DNA of 64,000 nt from Mobula hypostoma. Lineage: Eukaryota. This document shows, one piece after another, positions 25,498 through 39,760 of the stretch (position 1 is the first letter of the stretch; every line of letters begins with the position of its first letter). The position numbers were made by a program, and so were the translations under genes. The notes beneath the pieces were generated by a model that worked only from the letters and a program-made list of their open reading frames with translations, had not been told where the DNA came from and made no database searches. The stretch is from positions 92,072,001-92,136,000 of the forward strand of contig NC_086097.1 in assembly GCF_963921235.1 (NCBI RefSeq), in the 5' to 3' direction.

Positions 25498-26674
25498 CAG
25501 GGGTCCCCAACCTTTTTTGCAAAGTAGACCGGTTTAATATTGGGGGGGGTGTAGGGTTGCCAACGGACAAGAGTAGCAGTCAAATACATTGGGTTTATCC
25601 CAAGAAAGACTACAATGCCCATGAAGCCTTGCGCTGGCACCAGTGCGCATGCGTGACTTGCGCGACTTGCGCATGCGAGACCTGCACATGCGTGTATGTG
25701 CCGATTTTTTTCTACAAATCGTTTTTTTGGTGATTCTGTTCGGGGGGGGGTTAATCACGACCCGAATATAGGTGATAAGTGGCTAATACACTCAATTTCG
25801 TTTCTGAAAGGGTTTATCTAACAAATTTAATATTAAGCACACAGCGCATATTTTCCTCGCATGAATGTAGTGATAAATCAACTATCAGGGGAGCTTGAAG
25901 TAAGTGTTGAACGAACTTCCAGTAGAAGTGGTAGAGGCAAGTTCGATATTATCATTTAAAGAAAAATTGGATAGGTATATGGACAGGAAAGGAATGGAGG
26001 GTTATGGGCTGAGTGCAGGTCGGTGGGACTAGGTGAGAGTAGTGTTCGGCATGGACTAGAAGGGCAGAGATGGCCTGTTTCTGTGCTGTAAGTGTTATAT
26101 GGTTATATAAGTCAATAGCATCATAACATTTTAAGGGAACACTTGGATATTAAACGCACAGCACGTATTTTCCCCGTATGAACATATAAAATCATTGCAA
26201 CACACCAATATCGCTGAATCAGTGGGAGCCCTGGGTTTGTTTTCCTGCAACAAGATGGTCCCATCGGGGGTGATGGGAGACAGCGATACTCGAACGGGGT
26301 TCCTTATGTCCCGTCTATTCCGCAATTTAGTTTTCGTTGCATTCATTGCAGAAATATGTTGGAAATGGAAGCAACGTTTTCAGTGCTTTTGTGGCTGTCT
26401 CAGGATATTTAGCCTTGACTTTGATCCAGAATGCCAGCAGAGATGTTATGTCAAACATACTTTTCAGCCCGCCGTCATTTGCAAGCTCGAGGAGTTGATC
26501 TCCCTCCCGTGCTGACATGGATGACGCATGGGTAATGACCTCGCATGCATTCAAGCTCAACAGTGGGCGTGACAGGGAATGAGGAAAGGTGCAGCTCACT
26601 CATATCGCCAAATCATATCGTTTCTTCACGGCCCGGTAGCACATGCTTTGCAGCCCGGTGGTTGGGGACCGCTG
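25498..26674 (-). mobile_element. Non-autonomous hAT-Charlie DNA transposon
   Basis: TIRs caggggtccccaacc and ggttggggaccgctg; TSD ttctagag/ttctagaa; transposase C-terminal remnant FWIKVKAKYPETATKALKTLLPFPT...MNATKTKLRNR. Confidence 0.9.
25900..26108 (+). mobile_element. CR1 3' tail inside the hAT element
   Basis: Reverse complement of the CR1 tail at 3590-3790. Confidence 0.8.
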
Positions 26675-26789
26675 TTCTAGAATTTACTGAGCCATAATGA
26701 AAAAGAGATTTCATAGCTAAAATTCCTTTTTTTGATTATTGAAGATTACAACGGTACCTTTAACATTTTCATGTATTTCCATATTTACT

Positions 26790-28197
26790 TAAGACATAGG
26801 AGGATGTCATTCAGGCCCTTGAATCCATAAAACCATAAAACATAGGAGCAGAATTAGGCCATTGGTCCACTGAGTCTGCTCTGCCATTTCCTCTTGGTGG
26901 ATATATTATGCCTCTCAACCATATTCACCTGCCTTCCCCCTACTCAGCTGTAATCTTTGATACCCTTACAAATCAAGAATCAATAAACCTCCTCTCTAAA
27001 CATATCCAGTGATTTGGCCTCCACAATTAATTCCACAGATACACCACCCTCTGGGTAAAGAAACTCCCCCTCATCTCTATTCTAAAGGGACATCTATTCT
27101 GAGACTGTGCCCTCTGGTCCTAGACTCTCCTAATATAGGAAACAAGCTCTCCATGTCCACTCCTTCTTGGCCTTTCAATAGTCGATAGATTTCAATGAGA
27201 TCCACTCTCATTCTTCTAAACTTCAGTGAGTACAGGCCCAGAGACATCAAAAGCTCCTTTTTATTAACCCTTTCATTCCAGGGATCATTCTCAAGAACTT
27301 TCTCTGGACCCTCTCCAATGCCAGCATATGTTTCCTTAGATAAGGGGACCAAAACTCACATTACACCAAGCACGATCTGACCAATACATTATAAAGCCTC
27401 AGCATTACATTCCTCCCTGGTCTTATATTCTAGTCCTCTCAAAATGAATGCAAACATTGCATTTGTTTTCCTCACCACTGTCTCAACCTGCATGTTAACA
27501 TTTATGGAATCCTACACCAAAACGCCAAAATCCCTTTACATCCTTGATTTCTGAATTTGTGCTTCATTTGGAAAATAGTCTCAGCTTCTATTTCATCTGC
27601 CAAAGTGCACGACCCTACACTTCCCTGCACTGTATTCCATCTGCACTTATCCAAACTAAGTGCTTCTGTAGACTCCCTTCTTGCTCAGAACTACCTGCCA
27701 CTCCATCTATCTTTGTATTTTCCGCAAACCTTGCCACAAAGCCGAGTCGGCCATCCAAATCATTGATATGTAATGTGAAAAGAAACGCTCCCAACACTGG
27801 CCTGTGCGAGAAACCACTAGTTGCCTGTAGACAACAGAAGAGGCTCCCTTTATTTCCACTCTTTACCAGCTGCCATTCAGCAAATCTTCTAGCCACGATA
27901 GTATATTTCCAGTAATACCATGGGTTCTTTATCTTGTTTAGCAGCCTCACATGTGGCACCTTGTCAAAGGCCTTCTGAAAATCAGTAAACAACATCCACT
28001 GACTGTCCTTTGTCTATCCTGCTTGTTATTTCCTCAAAGAATTCCAACAGATTTGTCAGACAAGATTTCCCATGAAGGAAACCATGCTGACTTTGGCCTA
28101 TTTTATAATGTGCCTCCAAGTACCCTGAAATCTCATCTTAAATAATGGACTCCGGCATCTTCCCAATCACCGAAGTCAGGCTAACTGGTCTATAATT
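26790..28197 (-). mobile_element. Degraded CR1 fragment
   Basis: [11 protein letters not shown] and LGLYSLKFRRMR peptides; cataggagcagaattaggcc tail. Confidence 0.85.
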
Positions 28198-28198
28198 T

Positions 28199-28876
28199 CA
28201 CAAACACGAGGAATTCTGCAGATGCTGGAAATTCAAGCAACACACATCAAAGTTGCTGGTGAACGCAGCAGGCCAGGCAGCGTCTCTAGGAAGAGGTGCA
28301 GACGATGTTTCAGGCCTAGTCCCTTCGTCAGGACTAACTGAAGGAAGAGCTAGTAAGAGATTTGAAAGTGGGAGGGGGAGGGGGAGATCCAAAATGATAG
28401 GAGAAGACAGGAGGGGGAGGGATGGAGCCAAAAGCTGGACAGGTGATTGGCAAAGGGGATATGAGAGGATCATGGGACAGGAGGCCTAGGGACAAGGAAA
28501 AGGGGGAGGGGGGGAAAACCCAGAGGATGGGCAAGGGACAGAGGGAGAAAAAGGAGAGTGAGAGAAAGAATGTGTGTATATAACGGAGGGGGTACGATGG
28601 GGATGTGGGACATTAGCGGAAGTTAGAGAAGTCAATGTTCATGCCATCAGGTTGGAGGCTAACCAGACGGAATATAAGGTGTTGTTCCTCCAACCTGAGT
28701 GTGGCTTCATCTTTACAGTAGAGGAGGCCGTGGATAGACATGTCAGAATGGGAATGGGATGTGGAATTAAAATGTGTGGCTACTGGGAGATCCTGCTTTC
28801 TCTGGCAGACAGAGCGTGGGTGTTCAGCAAAACGATCTCCCAGTCTGCGTCGGGTCTCAGCAATATATAGAAGGCC
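28199..28876 (-). mobile_element. Penelope-like element 3' end: GIY-YIG endonuclease C-terminal part plus terminal repeat
   Basis: Minus frame GLLYIAETRRRLGDRFAEH...PVATHFNS...RLEEQHLIFRLVSLQPDGMNIDFSNFR*; hammerhead-like motif at 28299-28336. Confidence 0.88.
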
Positions 28877-29330
28877 TGTGACCCTATATCTATGGAAGGA
28901 TGTGCTGGTACTGGAGAGGGTTTAGAGGAGGCTGCCTAGAATTGCTGGAGTTCAGAAGAATGAAGGGGAATGTTATTGAAACCTATTGAATATTGAAAGG
29001 CCTAGATAGAGTGGACATGGAAAGGATGTTTCCAAAAGTGGAAGAGTGTAGAATCAGTGGGCACAGCCTCAGAATAGAAAAAAGAACAAAGATGCAAGGA
29101 ATTTCTTCGCCAGTGTGGCAAATCTGTAGAATTCATTGCCACAGCCAGCCAAGTCATTGGGTATATTTAAATTGGAAGCTGATAAGTTCTTCATCAGTCA
29201 GGGCTTCAGAATTACAGGGAGAAGGCAGGAGAATGGTGTTGAGAGGGAAAATCAATCAACCATGATCAAATGGTAGAGCAGACTCAATGGGCCAAATGGC
29301 CTAATTTTCTCCTTTGTCTTATTGTCTTAT
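28877..29330 (+). mobile_element. CR1 3' fragment
   Basis: KDVLVLERV and KGLDRVDMERMFP peptides, CR1 tail. Confidence 0.75.
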
Positions 29331-29621
29331 ATGGGCTTACATTGGAGTATTATGAACTCCGCGTTTGAAGTGGTGTAATCTATGCATAAACACCTTGCCT
29401 CTTTTCCTACAATAATGACTTTAACGCACTTTACTAGCTGTAAAAATCAGGAGGTTTGAAAGTTGGTACGTGATGCAATTTCTTAAGATCGATCCATATT
29501 CAAACAATTAACAATCTTTATTCAGCAACATTTCTCATCAAGTTTCATCCATGTGCTGATGAAATGTTTAATGTCCATTTTGATCCAGGAGTTTGTCTTG
29601 TTACCCTTTTGATATTACTTA

Positions 29622-29795
<174 letters not shown>

Positions 29796-30304
29796 TTATA
29801 GCATGGCTCAAAGTGCTTTACAACCAGTTGGTGTGAATTTAATAACGTAGTGACACTTAGCATGGATTGTATCAATATGATTCATATTAACAATGTCACT
29901 AAGTACTAATATGTAGTGAGATATGAAACTAAAAGCTGGGAATACTCCACAGGTTGTGCAGCACCTGGGGAAAGAGACAGACATAACATTTCAGATTGAA
30001 GTTAATTCTCTCTTTTTTCCATTGACACTCTCTGAAGCTTTTTCTTCTTTCATTTTAGATTTGTAGTATTTGCATTGTTTTAAATTTCTGTTTTTAATTT
30101 CAGTTCATTGCAAAATGAAATCCTGTCACAGGTACCAATGCTTGTCAGTGGAATCACAAACGTGATCAGGTCACTAGGAATACTGACTTCCTCGCAACTA
30201 CTTCTCACAGAACCCTTTAAAGCAATTGAGAGGAAAGTTTGGGGGTGATCTTTGTTTCAACTTTTCATTCAAATGATGGTACCGCCAATATTTCAATATT
30301 TCTC

Positions 30305-30565
30305 AATATTTATTTATCAATATAGAGCACGGTATGGGCTTTTCCAGCAGACCAGCAATCCCCCGATATAATCCTAGCCTCATGATGGGATAATTTACGA
30401 TAACCAATTGACCTACCAAGTAGTCTTTGGACTGTGGGAGGAAACCGGAGCACCCAAAGGAAACACACGCAGTCATGGGAAGAAGATACAAACTCCTTAC
30501 AGGCAGCAGTGGGAATCGAATCCTGGTCGCCTGTACTGTATATCACTCCACTACCAAGCCGCCCC
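30305..30565 (-). mobile_element. tRNA-derived V-SINE-like element
   Basis: Minus strand gggtgctccggtttcctcccacagtccaaagac central domain; aataaa tail. Confidence 0.75.
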
Positions 30566-31419
30566 TGACATGTTTTCCTGGATAATACACCCGAGGCTTT
30601 GAAGAGGGACTTTCAGCTAAAAGCAGCAATCTTACTATAGCTGACCTGAATTTTATTCTGTGGTGTTGCTGTGCAATATTTGGTTGCAGGGTTTATGTGT
30701 GGGCAGGATGGAGGCAAGCCCACATGACTAGTTAGATCTTTTGAGTGAATGAGTGAAATCATGGGGAAGTTGGAGGGCTATCATTTTGCAAGAGGTTCAA
30801 GTACAGACAAAGAATACAGCACCTCATCTGTTAATAATTAGATTAGATGAAATTGGATGTATCAGTGCCGTGTGCACTGAAACATAGAGTCAAATGCATC
30901 GTTTGCATTAACAACCAACACTGTCTGAGGGTGAGCTGGGGGGAGCCTGTGGGTGTTGCCAAGCTTCTGGCCCCGACAAAGCATGCCCACAATGAGAACT
31001 AGACCATCTTCTGGCTGGAGCATGCCTGACATAAGGGGAAGTGTGCAGAGTAGTCTCCAATTGTCTCAGTTGCCTTTAGGTAGGTTTGAGGGATTATCAG
31101 TAAAAATCTCAGGGTCCTCCCCCCCCCCACCCAATTAAACTGAGATTTTGTCTGAGCGTTCACTGCTTCTCAACAAACAGCTTCTTCCCCACTGCCATCA
31201 TGTCCTCGAACTGAAATAAAAGACCTTCATTCTACCTCGGACTCAATTTCCCTCAACTTGCACTAATGTCATTATGTCTAGTTTTGTTTATCTTGTCAGG
31301 TGAGTTATGTATAATTTATGTTAATTTAATATGTGCTACTGATGCAAAAAGTAAATTCTGATGGTGTTTATATCCTAAATATGCATGCCCTTGACATCCA
31401 CCACACTGAGTAAAATAAC

Positions 31420-33290
31420 TTACCCCTTTTGCATCCCCCTTGAACCTACCCCTCTCACCTTCAATGCATGCCCTCCAGTATTAGACATTGCAACCCTGGG
31501 AAAGAGATACACTCTGTCCACTCTATGTCTCACGTAATTTTGTAAACCTCTATCAGATCTCCCTTCAGCTTCTGAGAAAACAAACCTCTTCTGCAGCCTC
31601 TCCAAAGACTCAACATCCTTCCTATAGCGGGCAACCAGAACTGTATGTAATACTCCAGATGTGGCCAAACCAGAGTCATATAAAATTGCAACGTAGCCTC
31701 CTGATTTTGAACTAATAAAAGCCAACATTCCAAAAGCCTTCTTAACCACTTTTTTGACCTGTATAGCCACTTTCAAGGAGCTATGAACATGGATCCCAAG
31801 ATCTCTCTGCTTGGCAACACTGTTAAGGATCTTGCCCTTAACAGTGTACTGTCTCCTTGCATTTGCCCTAGTGAGGTGCAACACCTCACATTTATTTGGG
31901 TCAAACTCCATCTGCCATTCCTCAGCCCACATCCCAGAAATCTCATCTCTTGCCTTTTTCAATAACCTGGGGTAAATCCCATCAAGCCCAGGGGAGTTAT
32001 CCACCTTAATACTCATTAGGAGACCCAACACTATCTCCTGCTTGACCTCTAAATATCCTAACATATTTATACGCTCAGCACTGATCTCCAGGTCCACCAT
32101 ATCCTTTTCCTTGGTAAGCACTGAAGCAAAGTACTCAAGTACCTCATTCATGTTCTCTGCATCCAAGCAAATGATCCACCCCCTTTATCCTTGAGCTCCC
32201 ACCCCCTCCCTAGTTATCCTCTTGCTCTTGATGTAGGTATAGAAAGCCTTGGGATTCACCTTAATCCTACTTGTCAACAACTTTTCATGGCCCCTCCTGG
32301 ATTTCCTAATTCACTTCTTAGTTCCGTTCTAGCTTCTTTGTACTCCTCATGTGCTTTGTTTGATCCTATCCTCCAAAGTTTTACATACATTTCCTTTCTC
32401 TTCTTGACTAAATTCATCGTCTCTCTGGACATCCAAGGTTCCCTTATCTTTCCATCCCCATCTGTCCTTCTAACAGGAGCATACCTTTCCTGTACTCTGT
32501 GCAATTGGTCTTTAAAATCTCTCCACATGTCTGATGTGGACTTGCCTGAGAAAAGGTGTTCCCAATTAATGCTTCTTAATTCCTGCCTAATGCCCTTGTA
32601 ATTTCCTCCAATTTAAAACTCTCCTGTAAGGACTATATCTGTCATTATCTATAGCTAATCTGAAAGCTCAGGAGTTGTGGCCACGGTTCCCTAACTGTTC
32701 ACCCACTGAAAGGTCAGTCACCCTAGCCAGGCTCATTACCCAACACCAGGTCCAGTACGGCCCCTCCTCTCATTGGTCCATTCACATATCGATTTACAAA
32801 ACCTTCCTCGGTATACCTAACAAATTCTGCCCCAACTAAACCCCTTACACTAAGGTGGTCCCAGTTTATATTGGGGAAGTTGAAATTCCTGTGACAATAA
32901 CCCTATTATTTTTACACATTTCCTTAATCTGATTTTATATCTGTTCCATCAATGTCCCAATGACTACTGGGGGGTCTGTAGTACAATCCCATCAGCGTGA
33001 TTACATCCTTACTATTCCTGAGTTCCACCCAAAATGGACTCAGTGTCTGACCCCTCCATTATGTCTCCCCTGAGTGCAGCCGTGATATGGTCCCTGATTA
33101 GTAGTGCAACTCTCCCCGCCCCCCACACACACTTTTACCTCCTCCTCTCTCTTTTCTGAAGCTTTGAAAACCTGGTAAATTAATCCCCGATTCCTGTCCC
33201 TCACTTCATCAATTTTCGGTAATGGCTACAACATTGTAGTTCCATGTACTGATCCATGCTCTAGGTTCATCACCCTTACTCCAAGCATTA
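31420..33290 (-). mobile_element. CR1 fragment with internal deletion
   Basis: ORF jumps from NSPGLDGIYPRLLK...EISG directly to WAEEWQMEF, so the RT core is missing; endonuclease remnants upstream. Confidence 0.8.
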
Positions 33291-33929
33291 AAATATTTCC
33301 AGCATCTGCAGATTTTCTCTTGTTTAGCATTAAAGTATACCCACTTCAAACTAAGCGATACCTATTATTTTTTAAATCTAGAATAAATGATGCATCTGTC
33401 TAATTATTAGGTGCTGATCACAGTAACCTAACCTAGAAATTTAATTACACAAAATAAAACACAAGCAGTGAGCAGGATTGGTTGCAAACAAGCCCTTTGA
33501 CATGGTACAGTTGTCATTCATTATGTGCCATGCCAATCACTTAGGTGTTCGTTGTCTTGACCATGAGTGTTCCTGGCAAATTTTTCTACAGAAGTAGTTT
33601 GTTATTAACCTTTTTCTGGGCAGTGTTTTTGCTGATAATCCCAGCCATTATCAGTACTCTTCAGAGATTATCTGCCTGGAGTCAGTGGTCACTTAACCAG
33701 GACTTGTGTTCTGCACCAGCTGCTGATACAACCATCCACCACCTGCTCCCATGGCTTCATGTAACCCTGATCAGGGGGGCTAAGCAACTGCTACATCTTG
33801 TCCAAGGGTGACCTGCAGGCTAGTGGAGGGATGAAAGTGTTTGACACCTCCTTTGTTGTTGTCGTTGTTGTAGACAATTCATTGTAATGAGAGATGTTCT
33901 CAGTATAGTAGGGCTGCTATTGATTTTTC

Positions 33930-34248
33930 GTGTTGGCGCGTGGCCAAGTGGTTAAGGTGTCGTTCTAGTGATCTGAAGGTCACTCGCTCGAGCTTCAGCT
34001 GAGGCAGCGTGTTGTGTCCTTGAGCAAGGCGCTTAACCACACATTGCTCTGTGACAAAACTGGTGCCAAGCTGCATGGGTCCTAGTGCCCTTCCCTTGGA
34101 CAACATCGGTGGTGTGGAGAGGGGAGACTTGCAGCATGGGCAACTACCGGTCTTCCATACAACCTTCCCCAGGCCTGCGCCCTGGAAACCTTCCACGGCA
34201 CAAATCCATGGTCTCACGAGACTAACAGATGCCAATTATTATTACTAT
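33930..34248 (+). mobile_element. tRNA-derived SINE with 12-bp TSD
   Basis: A-box tggccaagtgg; att-repeat tail; tattgatttttc at 33918-33929 and 34249-34260. Confidence 0.8.
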
Positions 34249-34445
34249 TATTGATTTTTCATTTGTTTTAGTGGGTGTAAATACTTGTGCCATGTCTGCC
34301 ATCTCTGTTTTGCACCCTTAGCTTGTCAGGGGTGCAAGGTTTAGTGAACAGAGAACATGCACGAGTTTGGCCACAACTGGTTAGACGCTGACTTCACAGA
34401 ATGACCTGCCATGAGCTTTAGGTGTTGCAAATGTCTGCTGCATTA

Positions 34446-34574
<129 letters not shown>

Positions 34575-34844
34575 TTACGCAAGGAGAATCTGGGAATTAA
34601 GCTGAGTTTTAGGAATGAACTGCAATAATCACGGGCACTTCTGCAGCTTATTTCACAACAAAACATTCCAAGGAGCTTTACAAGTATATTCTCAAATAAG
34701 GTTTGACCACACAGGGAGATGTTAGCACAGGTAGGTTTTAAGGACTGTCTTAAAAGAAAACTAGAGGGGCTGACTAGAAAGGGGATTCAAGTGTTTAGCA
34801 TAATGGCGGTGAGATTAAAATTAGGACATTTTCATGGTGGGAAT

Positions 34845-35100
34845 CTATTTATTTATTGAGATAGAGTGTGGAATAGGCCCAGCTTTGCCACTTTAGCCCT
34901 AGCCTAACCATGGGGCAGTTTACAATGATCAATTAGCCTACCAACGGGTACATCTTTGGACTGTGGGAGGAAACCAGTGGAGAAAACTCTTGCAGTCATG
35001 GGGAGAACGTACAAACTCTTTACAGAAGTTGGTGGGAATTGAACTGGGGTCAACGGTACTGTAAAGCGTTGCACTAACCAGTATGCTGCTGTGCCACCCC
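34845..35100 (-). mobile_element. tRNA-derived V-SINE-like element
   Basis: Same central domain as 30305-30565. Confidence 0.75.
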
Positions 35101-36254
35101 AAGTGGAAGAGTGCAGTGATCGTAGGATAAGTGGTTTGGAGGAGGTTACAGAGATAAGGAGAAGTGACGATACAGCGGAATTTGAAATAAAAAGATATTG
35201 CTCTGGTAATACCAATGTAGGATAGCAAATACAGGGGTGATGAGTGGATGGGACTTCTCTGCTCAACTTGCTCTGAGCTTTTAGTTAAGATCGAGTATCG
35301 TGAGGGTGGAACAATTGGGAGTGCTTTGGAACACTTACATCCGAAGGTAAGAAAGGTAAAGCTGTAGTTAGCAGCAGTTGAGCCGAGGGTGGAATCAGAT
35401 CATTTTATTGATGTGGGAGTAGACTGCTTTAGCTACAGCATGGATTTGCAACCACACTGGACCACCATTGCCGAGGTTACAAGCCTCTGACAGGGATGGC
35501 ATCAAGATCTGTGTAACTGAGCATGGCCAGAATGCCTATTCAGCCAGAGGAAATTTCAACTCATTCTGTTCTGAATAGTAGACAAGCTATCTGACAAGTC
35601 GAATACAGGTGAGGGGTGCTTTACTGAAGCTGATGCTGGCACTCTGCATACTGAAGCTGACAATGGGCTCAGATAACACTACAAGGGACATCCTTCAGGC
35701 TCAGCAAAGGTAATCATTCCTAACTGAGAAGAGAAGTCATTATAGATAATTCTTTAGCTGCAACTAGACATATATTTAAGGAAACCATCGAGCATGGCCC
35801 CATCCAGATACAAGACAGCTGAGAAGTACTGAAGAAGAATGATTTGGTGAACCACACTAAAGACTAAATTTGTCAAGTATATCATGCATCCTTGTGAGTG
35901 GGTTTGTACATAGTAAGGCATTGGGTCGGCTGGTGGTGTAGTGGCATCAGCACTGGACTTCAAGGCAGATGGTCCTGAGTTCAAGCCCAGCCAGGTCCCA
36001 ACCTGGGCAGCAACAGTATATGCAAGGAAGGAAGGCCTGTCAATCTACTTCCGTATCTTGCCTTCAGTCATTCTTCACTCCTCCCTATCCCTGCAACCTC
36101 CTCCAGACCAATAATCCTCCAGTCATTGCACTCTTCCAATTAGGGCGGCATCCTAGCATAGTGGTTGGTGTCTAGTCATTGTGATAGTAAGGCATGGACT
36201 TGATTATAGTAAATACTATCTAAAGGATGGACTGGACCAGTTAAATTCAACTCA

Positions 36255-36437
<183 letters not shown>

Positions 36438-36876
36438 CTATCACAGGAATAGCAATGGCTGGCAGCACTGTTGAAATGATGTACAGAACAACAGTAATAA
36501 TAGAGGTTATAGATACACCAAGGAAAATGTGCAGTCATAATAATGGATACAGCGCTGTAATAAAAAGGACACAAGAACTGTAATAATAGTGGACATTCAA
36601 TAACAACAAGGCATTAAGAATAGCCACAACTCTTACCAGCAGGATATAGTTGCAGAAGTAACAATGGACACAGCTACAATAAAAACAATGGGAACTACAG
36701 AAATCATATCGGTCCCAACCAGAGCAAGAGACGGAACCACATAAAAGCCAAAATTACAACTTTGTTCTTAGCTGGCTCCTGGTTTCCAGTCCAATTTTGT
36801 GAGGTTTTGAAGTGGATGAGGCCAACGTGGGAACTGCCAATTCTTCCACAGACAGTGTGGGTGGTGCCTAATAGGA

Positions 36877-37071
36877 TGTTCCCTCTCAGCTGCATGGCCA
36901 CACAGTAACTGAAATGCTCCCACACACATAGCCTTTGTTGTCGCACAGCTGGAATTTTCTTCTATATAATGTTAATGTTAAGGTACCACACAGTTTTCAG
37001 GACGTGTAAAAATTTCCTGCTCAGAGCAACGGTTGGTCTGCACAGCTGTAAAAAAAAATTAGAGGGAACAC
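36877..37071. mobile_element. MITE with tgttccctct / agagggaaca inverted ends
   Basis: 10-bp perfect terminal inverted repeat; no clear TSD. Confidence 0.5.
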
Positions 37072-37427
37072 TAATGGCTAGTGACCAGTTTGTGAGGTGG
37101 AAGTGCTTCCAATACTGTAATGGTATTCAAAACCATCCTGAGTTCTCACTCTCTGCTTTCAGAGGGTCATGGGTCAGAGATTTTCAGGAATTAGTGGGGA
37201 TGTTGTATTTCTTCTAGGATGCTCTGAGAGCCTCCTTGAATCTTTTGCTCTGTCCACCTGGTCATCTATGTGACAGAGCCTGGCATAAATTGTCTACTTC
37301 TGGAATATGGGGTCATGCTGACAACACTGTGCACCCAACATGCTTACTGTAATTGCAGCCTCAGTGATCGGAGTATTGGCATGGGAGAGGATGCTGGGAT
37401 TAGTCTGCTTATTCTTCTAGTGAACTA

Positions 37428-37880
<453 letters not shown>

Positions 37881-38149
37881 TTAATATGGTTAAGAATAAA
37901 CCATTAAATTTAGAAAATTAGTCAACAACTAGGTGTCAAACCATATAACTTATATTATGATTATAGGACACAAAGATATAATTATGTCTTGAATTATGGA
38001 GTCTTTGGATATTTGTTGCATTTCTAAAGAAATACAAGTGAAAACAGAAGTACGTTATGCATAAGACCATAAGATATAGGAGCAGCATTAGGCCAATTGG
38101 GCTTTCGAGTCTGCTCCGCCATTCAATGATGGCTGATATTTTTTAAACC

Positions 38150-38980
38150 TATCTTTGTAGGATACAAAGGGAAATTGACAGGATGCAGAGCTGGGCTGAG
38201 AAGTGGCAGATAGAGTTCAACTCAGAAAAGTACGATGTGATGCACTTTGGAAAGGTCAAATTTGAAGGTGGAGTACGGGCTTAATGATAGAATTCTTAGC
38301 AGTGTGGAGGAACAGAAGGAGCTTGAGGTCCACATCCACAGATCCCTCAGAATTGCCGTGCAAGTTGATAGGGTTGTTAAGGCAGCTTTTTGTGTGTTGA
38401 CCTTCGTTAGTCGGGGGATTGAGTCCAAGAGCGATGAGGTAATGTTGCAGCTCTATAAAACTCTGGCAGACCACACTTGGAATATTGTGTTCAACTCTGG
38501 TCACCTCATTATAGGAACGATTTGGAAGCATTAGAGAGGGTGCAGAGGAGATTCACAAGTTTGTTGCCTGGATTAGAGAGCATATCTCATGGGAATAGGT
38601 TGAACGAGCCAGGACGTTTCTCTTTGAAGCAAAGGAGGATAAAGGGTGACTTAATACAAGATGATAAGAGGCAAAGATCGAGTGGACTTTTTCCCAGGGC
38701 AGAAATGGCTAATATGAGTGGGCATAATTTTTAGGAGATTGGGGGTGATGCTAGGAGTAACTTATTTTGCACAGATTAGTGGTTGCAAGAAATATCCTGC
38801 CAGGGGTGGTAGTAGAGACAGATACATTAGGGATATTTTAAAAACTCTTAGATAGGCCCATGGTGATAAAAACAAAATGGGATCTATACAAGAGGGAAGG
38901 TTAAGTTGATCTTAGGTTAAGGGTTTGGCACAATATTGTGGGCCAAAAGGTCTGTACTGTGCTATCATGTTCTATGTTTT
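38150..38980 (+). mobile_element. CR1 3' fragment
   Basis: EYCVQLWSPHYRNDLEALERVQRRFT. Confidence 0.85.
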
Positions 38981-39135
38981 AATACATCACCTTGCTACTA
39001 GAGAGAAAGTTATGTACTTGAATGGAATACATCACATCAGGCAAGGTTGGAAAGTGGTTGGAAAGTTTGATTAATTATTTACTCGCCATCTTTGTATTTG
39101 TTCAACTAGTATTGAATCCCACATGAGATCTGTCA

Positions 39136-39360
<225 letters not shown>

Positions 39361-39760
39361 TTAAAAGTTCAAAGCACATTGAAGATTAGGGGAATACTAG
39401 CGGTGAAAATTTCACTGAATAAGGAAGAGGAAAGGATTATACCCATATAATAAACACCTTCTCACCAGTGGTAGAGAACAAGTTTTTAGATATTAGCAAA
39501 AGAACCTGAAGGAGGATGAGAAGAATTATTTTTATCCCAACTAATTGTTATGATCAGGGTCGCCTTGCCTAAGGAGGTGTTGGAAGCTGATTTAATGGTG
39601 GCTTTCAAAAAAGGAAACTGAGTATTTGTGTAGAGGAAAAAAAGAGCTACAGTTGGATGGGAAACATTCTGTCAAGGCAGAACTTGTGGGGAGATGATTG
39701 GGCAACATAAGATCAAGTTGTAGAACAAACTAAATTTGGAGCTAGGTTAATAATTTAGAT

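Noticed and set aside
33930..34010. tRNA gene
   Set aside because: A-box present but no full cloverleaf; continues into a SINE body with tail and TSD
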